A stretch of DNA of 64,000 nucleotides from Haliotis rubra (taxonomy: Eukaryota), in assembly GCF_003918875.1 (NCBI RefSeq), contig NW_025765092.1:1364001-1428000 (forward strand), in the 5' to 3' direction. The position numbers and the translations under genes are program-made. The notes under the pieces were generated by a model. The model was not told where the DNA came from. It saw only the letters and a list, made by a program, of their open reading frames with translations, and made no database searches. This document shows positions 27,701 to 37,800 of this stretch, one piece after another (position 1 is the stretch's first letter; every line of letters begins with the position of its first letter).

Positions 27701-29930
27701 AAAATCTTACTCAGTTTAAGTTGAGTACACATTGCTTGAAAGTAAAGGTAGGTAGTTTAGTGGTCAAAGCATTTGCTTATCAAGCCAAAGGCCTGGGTTT
27801 GATTCTCTGTTGAGTTATGATGTGTGAAGGACATTTCTGCTCTACCCTGCTGTGCTGTTGCTGAAGTGTTGCTGAAAGTTGTGTGAATCAAGAGTTATAG
27901 GTAAATGTCAGGTTGTTCCCAGACAAGTTTGTATGATTGATGTGACAGGTGTGTGTGTGATAGTTAGTTGAAGCATGTAACCTACGAACTAAGACTTTGG
28001 TTTCATAATATAATATGTCATAATGGTAATCACCTTTTGCAAAATACAAATAAGAATGTAGCAAGATATGTGATTATGTCAGTAGTTTGTTTTGGGAGGC
28101 TTATGTGATAAAATCCACTTGTTTGGAGTAGAATTTGCCTATTTCACTAAAACATGTGTCTGTGCCAGAGACATATATACCAGTTGACTAATTGTGTATG
28201 TTGGTGTAAGTCATTTGCATAGTGCCAATTTTACATTATAAAGTTTTGTATATATCATGAGTTAACATGAGTGAGATCCAGATTTAGCACTAACCCCAAT
28301 AATATATCTTACCATTAATAAGGAGTGACACTAAACCTGAATTTACACCTCTCAGACTCTCAGAAATCAATAACAGTGATCTTCATTTATCAATTTCATT
28401 TCAGAAGAAGTTCACTTTTTTGTTTTATTGAGTAGATAGAAAATTGAAGCATGGCTGGCTATGTTTCATCACGTGTTTGTGAAAGTAATAAAATATACCA
28501 ACATCTGCACTGTTAGATTAGATATAAGTATCATCTGAACAGTTTTACTCTTGACCAACATTTGATATGATATAGCAATGACTTCATGATATGATAGTAA
28601 TCAAGTTTTCTTGTAGTTCTGTTTTTTATGTCTCCACTCCCAGCTTGGAGGGTAGACATATTGATTATGGCTTGGTTACTGTTGGTGATGGTATCTCCTT
28701 TGGTATCGACATTCCTGCTCTAGTAAACCATTCAGTGTTTTTCAACAAATCTTGTCACGTGCATACATTGCTCATCAACATTACTGGTGCCTTGAGCTAT
28801 TTTAGAATTGTTGAACAATTTGTAATTGTTTGGCTTCCATGGACACAATTTCGACTTTCAATCAAACAAGGATAGGGTTTGTTTCTTGGCCATAACTTGA
28901 AAACCATGTGACATATTTCAGCGCAATTCTGTGTTTGCATTGCTCATCAGCTAAACTGGTGCCTTGCTTTTTTAGAATTGTTCTAAATCATAATTTCTTT
29001 TGTTTCCATGGAAACAGTTTTGACTTAGGCTTAAACAACTGTAGGCTTTGTCTCCAACCCATAACTCTCAAACTAATGAATATTTTTGCATGAAGCTGTA
29101 CATGTGCAATGACCATGCTCCACTATTGTTTTCTTATTTTTTTAAATCTTTAAAATTTCTTGTCTTTCCATAAATACAAGTGACAATGTGTCAATAAAAA
29201 TGTTGGGTAGACATAGCCATTTTGAGTGCAAACACTTTCAGGTATCCATTGAGAAATACATAAAAAAAATGTATAAATGCACATGATAGGTATTGTGCAC
29301 ACATACAGCAAATATATATAGTGTAGCTTGACACATTGTAAATTGAGAAATGTGCATAATATCACTACCAAGGAATCCCATTATAGCCCTCTGTGTTCTT
29401 CTTCCTGACATGGAGCCGCGGGGTAGCCCAGTGGTTAAATCGTTTGCTCGTCATGCTGAAGATGCTGGTTCGATTCCCCACATGGGTACAATGCGTGAAG
29501 CCCATTTCTGGTGTCCACAGCCGTGATATTGCTGGAATATTGCTAAAATCGGCGTAAAACCATACTTACTCACTCACTCACTCTTCCTGAGACTTGACAA
29601 AGTTTAATGAATTTAGTGAACCAAAATCAGTTTATCCTGTTTAAAATTTTCTGCATACTGATTATATTCCACCATGTTACTTAAAGTGCATTGCCCAGAT
29701 TGCCTGTTATTTCAGTGGGACACAGTCTCCCCTCTTCTAGCAACTCCTCCGGTGGTCCATCATCCCCGACAACAATGTCAACACCAGTTGACATAATGCA
29801 GAAGCTGAAGATGTATATTGACAGTCAGACAGAGAGCATGAGAATTGAAGCCGAAGCTGCCAAGGCTGCAGCTGCCACTGCATCACAAAATAAGAAAGAA
29901 GACGTAAAAGATGACCCAGAAATTATGTAG
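3680..29930 (+). CDS. PPIP5K: Inositol hexakisphosphate/diphosphoinositol-pentakisphosphate kinase (PPIP5K/VIP1), 3' portion; spliced CDS whose 5' exons lie upstream of the window
   Basis: 16 exons join in one frame with AG/GT (one GC) boundaries. The translation contains PPIP5K phosphatase-domain motifs ([80 protein letters not shown]) and the C-terminal [13 protein letters not shown] motif. Confidence 0.96.
3901..4042 (+). CDS. PPIP5K: PPIP5K exon ([19 protein letters not shown]...KSR)
   Basis: cttcag| ... |gtgagt; in frame with neighbours. Confidence 0.93.
4275..4501 (+). CDS. PPIP5K: PPIP5K exon ([17 protein letters not shown]...ADIIIPQ), GC donor
   Basis: atgcag| ... cag|gcaagg; highly conserved [15 protein letters not shown] motif. 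Confidence 0.95.
4561..4730 (+). mobile_element. tRNA-derived SINE family A copy (CpG-decayed)
   Basis: A-box-like tagcctagtgg, B-box ggttcgattcc, (ctca)n tail, TSD ctgatgtattttt. Confidence 0.9.
5135..5280 (+). CDS. PPIP5K: PPIP5K exon ([28 protein letters not shown]...LDSR)
   Basis: cttcag| ... |gtaatg; conserved EYGIT..EKL.IA..YCTPL.RKIRSDL. Confidence 0.95.
5581..5695 (+). CDS. PPIP5K: PPIP5K exon ([38 protein letters not shown])
   Basis: ttgtag| ... |gtatgt; hallmark [11 protein letters not shown] motif. Confidence 0.96.
5740..6556 (+). mobile_element. Non-autonomous Helentron-like/pearl-type element with internal tandem repeats
   Basis: Subterminal inverted repeat tgtccccc/gggggaca, gtcc/gtac microsatellite, ~4-5 internal repeats (cttgttaacgcgatatctcatgaactgttgtacccaatg...gtgaccttgacc), 3' stem-loop ttgcc..ggcaa. 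Confidence 0.7.
6878..7331. mobile_element. pogo/Tc1-type MITE
   Basis: TA|cagtgaaacttg ... caggttttactg|TA termini; internal subrepeats gccggtttagacag. Confidence 0.75.
7360..7467 (+). CDS. PPIP5K: PPIP5K exon ([36 protein letters not shown])
   Basis: ctgtag| ... |gtatat; conserved DEQWKRAMD and ELNYMTQIV. Confidence 0.95.
7538..7778 (+). mobile_element. SINE family B copy
   Basis: Full length; starts cccgtgaagatc; (caat)n tail; cttcctt direct repeats. Confidence 0.85.
8213..8338 (+). CDS. PPIP5K: PPIP5K exon ([18 protein letters not shown]...[10 protein letters not shown])
   Basis: aatcag| ... |gtaaca; conserved ERFH.ELHFSPG and GYRP. Confidence 0.95.
9166..9300 (+). CDS. PPIP5K: PPIP5K exon, C-terminal disordered region (KEKGFVEG...MESLE)
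   Basis: tgacag| ... |gtaaaa; 135 nt, open, phase 0-0. Confidence 0.8.
9665..9754 (+). CDS. PPIP5K: PPIP5K exon ([10 protein letters not shown]...[10 protein letters not shown])
   Basis: caacag| ... |gtaaga; 90 nt, open, phase 0-0. Confidence 0.75.
10405..10555 (+). CDS. PPIP5K: PPIP5K exon ([12 protein letters not shown]...SKPIAISR...SCPS)
   Basis: tgacag| ... |gtaatc; 151 nt, phase 0-1, supplies the phase change needed for the following exons. Confidence 0.82.
10798..11167. mobile_element. MITE with ~75-bp imperfect TIRs
   Basis: ccccataaacaatgggctgaacact...catgatgttcc vs ggaacatcatg...agtgttctgcccattgtttatgggg. Confidence 0.7.
11987..12067 (+). CDS. PPIP5K: PPIP5K exon ([27 protein letters not shown])
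   Basis: tggcag| ... |gtacgt; 81 nt, phase 1-1. Confidence 0.78.
12694..12756 (+). CDS. PPIP5K: PPIP5K exon ([21 protein letters not shown])
   Basis: atgcag| ... |gtgaga; 63 nt, phase 1-1. Confidence 0.75.
14120..15132 (+). mobile_element. Helentron-like non-autonomous element with internal tandem repeats
   Basis: gtctgtccgtct microsatellite, repeated tgtccagagcatatctcttaaagtttacatg / gtttccatggaaaca units, 3' end aagcgggggta...cacttgtttt. Confidence 0.65.
17667..17768 (+). CDS. PPIP5K: Probable PPIP5K cassette exon ([34 protein letters not shown])
   Basis: tttcttgcag| ... aaag|gtaaga strong sites; 102 nt, phase 1-1, open; CpG-retaining island inside an AT-rich intron. Confidence 0.65.
23046..23123 (+). 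CDS. PPIP5K: PPIP5K exon ([26 protein letters not shown])
   Basis: ccacag| ... |gtatgt; resembles vertebrate [20 protein letters not shown]. Confidence 0.87.
27352..27561 (+). CDS. PPIP5K: PPIP5K exon ([30 protein letters not shown]...NVSR)
   Basis: ttttag| ... |gttcgt; resembles vertebrate [24 protein letters not shown]. Confidence 0.92.
29413..29583 (+). mobile_element. tRNA-derived SINE family A copy
   Basis: A/B boxes, (ctca)n tail, TSD tcttcctga. Confidence 0.88.
29716..29930 (+). CDS. PPIP5K: PPIP5K last coding exon ([18 protein letters not shown]...DDPEIM*)
   Basis: tttcag| phase 1, open to TAG at 29928-29930. Confidence 0.85.
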
Positions 29931-32900
29931 AATTTTAATTGGAAATATTGTCACCATGACAGCACATTATTTTTGACAAGAATGGTGCAATGCTTTGAAA
30001 TAAATGTTACAGGAGACATTTCCTGTTTTGCATGAAAAAAATGTGACTGTAAGAGAGGTAAGAATCCACGATTCAAGACTTTGTTGGCGTTGAGTGTGTG
30101 CAGGAGATTCTTTGTTTCCTGTATCTATTGGTATATACCTCATGGAATGCTGATCTCAATGCAAACACTGATCATGGTTTCACCACAAAAACCACATACC
30201 TGTATTTGAGTACATGATGGGTGTTATTGACTATTTCTATCCAAGAAAACATCTTTATGATGTTGGTCATACCAGAGGAGAAATGGAAGTGTTTTGTTAA
30301 CCAAGATGACTTATTTTCGAAAATCTTTTCTCCAGAATTTTAAGACAGCATCTCCGACATTTATTACATTTGACCATGTGCTTTATTTTGCTTTTTTTGC
30401 AACATGTTCCTCTTTGGAGAAATTGATCAATAGTCATATGAAGTACTTGATCACTGAAACATAATTTCAGGTTTGTACATAAAGGGTAGAGTAGGTTAGA
30501 TTCTGGTGTGAAAGGTGACTATCTTTTTGCAGGGTGATCTGAATCGCCACCCAATCCCATACTTTACTAAGAATTGCATAATTGTTCACCATGCTTACTA
30601 CTCAGGGCAAATACATGTAAATATTGTTATACATGCTGAAAATTTCATCATTATGTTGAAAAACATGTAGAATTAACATTGTAAATAGTAGTTATAAGAT
30701 GTATGATAATTTTTAATGATTCTATGATAATTGTTATATTTATTATTTGTGTGTGAGATCACCAAATAAAATGTGTTCAATTGCACACATATCTTACAGG
30801 AAGGTATGAAAGACAGTACACATACAATTTCATTTTGCAGTGTTTCATTGTTCAAATGGGCATGATGTGGGGTCCTGCATCCGTCATGTGGTATTTGTCA
30901 GTATGACATCTTTAACATATTTGAGCCCTCGTTCATGTGAAAAGGGTTACAACTGCATCTGACATATCAACTAGTACAAATGGTGATAAATATTAGGATA
31001 CCCCTTTAAAGAATGAAGACATTCTGCTCCTGTGGCAACTTTGAACATATGACAGGCATGTGTCTAGTTTGTAGTTGTCACACAATGTTATCCATTTATC
31101 AAATTCCTTAATGCTACAAGGCCCTTTGGTTTGAGTATGCCTTGGTTTGTCTAATGAAATCCTTTGCCCTAAGATTTGAAAGTGTGAAAGTTACAAGTAC
31201 CTTTTTCAAATTAGATCAGCAGGGCTCCAGATTATTTTTCAACATCAGGAGTACGTACTCCTTATTTGTTCAATATAGGAGTACTGGAAAACCTTAAGAG
31301 TACATTTAGAGTACTGAATGGAATTTAATGGAGTACCAGTAAACTTGTGTTTCGTTTCATATATGCACCACAACATTTGCTACTCTTGTGTGAACAGGTA
31401 AAAAAAACTAATAAAACAATACTTTTTTCAGATAAATACATCTGTAAATGATTCTAAGACCGTGACACCTGTCTGTGGTGTGTATCTGCTACGTTTTCTA
31501 AATTATTTCCTACTGTATTGTGCATATGTTTTAGCCATACATACGCCGATACGGCCCTTATCTGGAGCCCTGGATCAGGCTATATAGTTGTCCCCGTAAC
31601 AGCTTAAGCTCATAGTTACTAAATAATTCCAACTATGCCAGAGTGTTCAAAGTGGACATGTAATGTGCAATGCTTCTCTGTCTCACAATGTGTTTTCTGC
31701 TTTGTAATCAACCATATTTCACAAAGATGTCTCCTGACAAAATGGGTCTTTTTTTCAATAAATGTGTCCATGTAATTCAGACCTATCCTTGCACAATTTT
31801 GAGAGTACCATATTTTACCTGTTACTTTGGTATGGTGTTTTGTCTTATTCTGTTTCATGCAGATTTCATAAGTCATCATTTTTTTAGGAATTACCGGTAC
31901 ATTTTTGCTGATACTGTGAATGAATTGCTCCCTGTGATTGCTGAGATATGAATTATGGTGTAAATAAGATTGTTTGAGAGCTTATTATTACACAGGACAT
32001 TTGTGTGAGAGTGAAAAGCAGAAGATGTATATAGTGTATGAAGGTTGGTTGTCATTTATAAATACAGCATATTGTTCATGATTCCATGGAACCACTATAG
32101 CCTGTATAATGTAGATTCAAACCACCCAATGTCTATGAAAATTTTACCTACATATCTGCAATGAACTGGTGTAGAAATTGAAGGAAATTATTTATGTTTA
32201 TGTTTATTTTTTCAGATATATGTTACCATGGTTTACATTATAGACATTATTCGGAATGCCTGGTTATTGTGAGAATTTTTTGGACTTACAGTAAAACTGG
32301 AATCTAAATGTGTGCGATTACTGAACCATTTGATATTTGTATATCAAGTGTTTACTGATTACACTGAGTAGGTTAGTTATTGCTTTGAAATCATTACTCT
32401 ATGGGACCTTTGATGAAGATTATTTTTTAGTTATGTGGTTATGCATTTCTTGAAAATTGTAAGCTTTGTGACATGAAGTGGGTTTTTTTTTTTGGTTATA
32501 TTTTACAAGCAAAGTTTACCACATATGACTGTACTGGAAGAAAATCTAAAAATGGAAAGTCGATGTGTTCTTTCCAGTGATGTCTTCTTGTTTAGTTACA
32601 GACTGTATATGTCATTCTTTTGTTACAGTGTAATCCCTCCCATGTTTTTGGTACATTAATATGTTGTTATATATTTGATATTGTGTTCACCTCTTTTATC
32701 TCCTTTTACTTTGTTGTATCCAGATTTGGGTATTTTGGGGTGGTGATTTTCAGCTTTCAGGATGTTTGTAGGAAATTGCTTTAACAGATCAGTACTAACT
32801 GTAAATGCACAAACTGAATTTGAAATTGACAGTTAACTTATGGATTACAACTACTTTTGATGGGTACATTTTCACTGTCAGTGATGGCACAGTTTTTACT

Positions 32901-33090
32901 AATATACCCGTAAGAAATCACTTTCGTACATTTTTCTTAACATGATTTGACAACATATATGGATGACTTGATTATGAAGACATGAGTGCAGTTGTGTATG
33001 CCAGTTACATTGGTGAAAATGTGCCGACTGTTATGTGAAAACAGTTTTGTTATGTTTTGGAATAAATTGTTTGATGTGGAGGGATGGTGG
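29931..33090 (+). other. Putative long 3' UTR of PPIP5K
   Basis: Follows the stop codon; T/TG-rich and CpG-poor up to ~33.2 kb; several AATAAA (e.g. ~29999, ~31410, 33061). The true end is uncertain. Confidence 0.45.
31220..31572. mobile_element. hAT-like MITE in putative 3' UTR
   Basis: 13-bp TIR cagggctccagat/atctggagccctg with 6-bp TSD gatcag. Confidence 0.75.
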
Positions 33091-34690
33091 TTGTTATTTG
33101 GAAGCACAGCATATTGCATACTTTGGGCAACAATGTCTGTGTGTTTATTCATTATATAACAGCTGCAAGTTCAGTGAATAATGGGAGTAACAGATCAGTG
33201 TTATATTCCTCAGTCAGCAATATTTTAGAATATTGGAAATGTAATGTTGAAATTGTAAACCGCAAAACTTGGGCTGTTATAACAAGACAAGGAACTCTAA
33301 ACGTTCCTAGCTCGTGGATCCACTAAATGAGAGTCGACCAAATATGATGTGTTATATTACACACTTATGCCTGGGTAACTAAATTGGATGGCGATCTCTG
33401 TGACCCGTATTTTCAGGAGGGGACGGATGGCCAAATTCTACGATGCGCCACAATTGGCGTTGCAGATGCTCATTGTGTTAGTCAGTCATTTATCTGTTAC
33501 AGACTCGATTATTTCCAAATCCTTGGATGCAGATAAAAAACACACAGACACATTTGTAGGACTGGAACAAACAACGCAAGAGCATATGCAGTATCAGGTT
33601 TACTTTCTCTTTGAATGCATACATAAGACCGTTAAATGGTCATTCATAGAGTTTCGTTGTTACGACAGGTTTGTGCGCAATCACAGCAAGATCACCGTCA
33701 CCAAGATGGAAAAACGTGGTGGAAGTAAATAGCAAGCTAGTAAAATGTTAAATATATAGTGTTTTGCCGTGAATTTAGAGGAACATTTAATGTTATTTTT
33801 TGTACACCCCTCTTGGGTATTCGGGCGGAATAGGTCATGAGTATTCGAAACGTATGTAAATCTAATGTCAACCAGGGAAGTACAATGTGTCACCTAGCTG
33901 GTTGTGCGTTACCATGGCGTGGATCGTTTACCATGGTAAATGGATGGATGAACCAGAGTGGTGGCGCAGGCATTATGTCAACCTGTTCCTGTACCATCGT
34001 CATTGCTTTATTATCTCTCTACGATTTGGATAATGTGGACACCTGTATGTTTTCTTTGTGAACCTAGTAAGCATAGAAATTTCTGTATTGAAGGACAAGT
34101 ATTGCAGCCATGCCATTTACTTTGTATGGATTCAGCACTCAGAAGACACTATCCACTAAAAGGTTATCAAAGAGCTGAAAGGGTTAGACACCTATTTCTT
34201 CCCACTGACAGTGCTCATTTACATATGTTGGTATGTTATGTGGATGGACTTTTGCGACAAGGCATGGGCACAACCATCATTGTACCGACCATGTTGTAGT
34301 GGGTACTTTGAAGAGCACCTGTAGGTCTTGTTTCACCGTTTAAGTACTTGTTCATCGTTAAACTTTGGTGATCGTTAAATACTAAACCCTGATATGCAAT
34401 GAACACAGTCTTTGACTGAAGGAACCGTTGTCTGTATTATAGGAATAGGTCTACATTTAAGATTTATATTACGTCGAAAAAAATAAATGCTCTTTCACCG
34501 TATATAATATGGAAAATTAAAGCATGATTTCATAGAGATATTAACTGTAGACAAAACTCTGAGACAGGTTTCGAAACGGGGGCCAAGATCGGATTTAAAC
34601 CCAATTATAGCAACAAGCACAAAGCTATACTAAACTCGAGCCGTGAGTGAACGTCATCTGGGTTTCATTTGAGAAACTGGTTGCTTGAGT

Positions 34691-34875
34691 TCATATCTTG
34701 GTGTACATGTAGACCACACCGGGGATATTGATGAAGTAGTCTGGGACCGTGGCACGTGCCACCTGGACCCATTTTCCCGCCATTTCCAGAAAGTCCATTA
34801 ATGGTTCCAGACGGTCTTTGTATTCGTCCACCTCCATCAAATATTGTTCACGCATCACGATACATATCAGCCCAC
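34691..34875 (-). CDS. METTL27: METTL27-like exon 5 (GGLICIVMREQYL...YKDRLEPLM...VYMYTKI*)
   Basis: tttcag| phase 1, open to TGA. Confidence 0.92.
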
Positions 34876-37800
34876 CTGAAAATAGAGTGCACAGAATAAC
34901 ACAAGGTTCAGTGGCGTCAAACAAGTATGATCTTTTAAGGTCTTTCTTTATGACGCGGCCGATTGATCGGAGCACTGACATTCCGCTGTCTTTCTATCCA
35001 CTATATTGATTGTCATGTTTTTGTTAAACTCTGCACTAAGCTATATCCAAGATGATGATAGCGGTCTGCAAATAGTCACGTCTAGACCAGTCAATCCAGT
35101 AATTGACTCGATGATTATCTATCTACACAGCTGGGATACGAAGACTTGCATCAAACAAATCTGCGAGTCTACTACCCGATCCCATTAGCCGCCTCTTACA
35201 ATCATGGGTTGCTGAAGACACTTTCTAACCCGGATCTCCACTATCCACGATCCTAACCCTTGATGCCAAAAGTCGCAATAATAATGTGAATACTGTTCCA
35301 CATCAATCCACTTCAAAACAACATAAAACTCACTAAAATAAATTGGGAGAGATTCTTACCTAGTTTGGTGATTCGGATAAGTTCTCTGATTCCGGAGCAA
35401 GGTATGTGACCTTCACCCATTCCACCACAAATGACAACACAGTCGTAGGTGTCTGAAACCCAAACAGAATATATGCATTGTCAGTGAGCGCAACCTCAGT
35501 AATATATTTACATATCCATGACTTCTTTCCCAACTTTATCAAGCTCAACACCAGATATAGCAGCATTTACGTTTTTTAATTTGTGAATGACCGGGTCACA
35601 AAGTGACAATGTTTGGAATCGAACTCGAGCTTGGCACTCTAACACGCTATCCACTGGGCTATACTTCTTAAACAATCTAATACACGTACTTCTTAAGACT
35701 ATTAATATTTCTCCACCTTCAATGATTGTTGAAATTAGTATACTATAGCTCACCTTTCCCGATTGTTGGAAACATTAAACTGTGGCCTAATTTACAGGAC
35801 TGTTGTCAATATACTGTAGCTTACCTTCCTTGATTGTCGGCAGCGGTTCCTCAGACAGGAAGTCGGTATAGTAGTTCTCATACAGCCCCTTCTCCTTGGC
35901 CCTGCAGAGCATCTGTGTTGACGGCTCTAGTGCGTCGATGTGACGGAACCCCTTGGCCTTCAGCTGAAATCACACAGGCAGGAATATCACGTGTGTGTTT
36001 AAACAATATATTTACCATGGACAGACAGACAGACATATTTTATTTAAGTCTCACCTCATGTAAAAGTACAGATATATACACACATATACATAAAATGAGC
36101 CACCCGTTAAGGGTTATGAGAGACTATTACACAGAAGTGACATCTATGATAAAAGTAACAATATGAAATAAAAGATGTTTTCTTCTTTGAAGTATATAAA
36201 AGCAGCTTTTGGCTGAAAAATAAACATGTTCTTTAAATAGTAAAATCGTTTTTTCATTATCACATAAATCTAGGAAGTTGGGATAGCTGAAACACATATG
36301 GCCATATAAACTTTCACGTAGATCATCGTACAGCGGACATTCCAACAGTACATGACATTCATGGAAGTATCCGCTGGCCGCAGTTTGAATCTCAAACGGG
36401 TGCATGCTTGTGACTTTCACAAAAGTGACTGAATACCAAACGCACAGGTACGGACGATACTTGTGGAATCGTCAAGAGAGGGGTATGTATACCGTGATAA
36501 AGATAGTAAGTTCTAAAAGAATTATTGTATACATAATTACTGTAATGTCATACTGATTGTCAGAGATTGCACGGAAATAATACAATTATCACCTTATCCA
36601 CTTCTAAACATACACAAACCCGTGAAGATCCGGGTTAGAATTGGTCTTCAGCAACCCATGCTTGTAAGAGGCGACTAACGGGATAAGGGTGATCAGGCTC
36701 GCTGACTTGGTTGAAACATGTCATCGTATCCCAATTGTGCAGATCGATGCTCATGCTGTTGATCACTGGATTGTCTGGTCCAGACTCGATTATTTACAGA
36801 CCGCCACCATAAAGCTGGTATATTGCTGAGTGCGGCATAAAACTAAACTCACCCACTCACTCTAAACATTCACAAACTGCACATATGTTCACCTGCAGAA
36901 AGTCGTATGCACCTGGCAACTGTGTGCACACTTGTTATAAAGGATTTGTACTAGCATGCTTTTAATTGATCGACCCAGAGTAAACAAAAGTGCATAGTCA
37001 ATATTTGTTTGGACGGATAACAAGCTGAGACGTTTTCAGCGAAATGCAGTGTCATGCTGACACATAGGATGGGCATGTAAGTGTCAGGTCATGTCATTTC
37101 CTCTTTCCACGCAATGAGGATATACATACAGTCGTAGTCAGGTTTTCTGTAGAGGGATGTCATCGATCGACACTCAAAGGTGGGAAGACCTAAATCAACA
37201 CGTGATCTAATAAAACCCGAACCCACAAATCTACCATTAACAAAAAGTAGGGGATATTCCATTTTGCGAGCATACCACTAGCCAATGCCAATGCATATGA
37301 GAAAAAGTAAACTTCAATTATTAATCAGCATAGTATAGCACTCTGGTTCCCCGTGTATGCTGCACTGACTGCACTGGTGTTTACTGATGGAGATACACTT
37401 CACTGATGGAGACCCACCTCGGTGACGCGCCAGCGCAGCATACCAAGTAGACTAAGGCTAAGTCTCTGAGTATATACTCATGGAAACAAATAAGACAACA
37501 CATGAAAGTACAAGTGTTCCTTTATTCTTTTCCAGGTTTCTTCACAAGGTATGTATTGCACCAGACCATATAATAGGTCTCTGATTGCACTGTGAGGGAA
37601 TTCTGGGAATGAATAAAGGAACACTTGTACTTTCATGTGTTGCTTTATTTGTTTCCATGAGTATATATAATTTTGACAGAAACAAAGAAGTCCCAGTGAC
37701 AAGTGAGATTCAGATCCTGAACCGGAGGAAATCTAGACCTGTTTCATTTAGGGCTTTAGCATTACAGAAAGGACTAGGAAGAAGGGAAAATAATGCGGTT

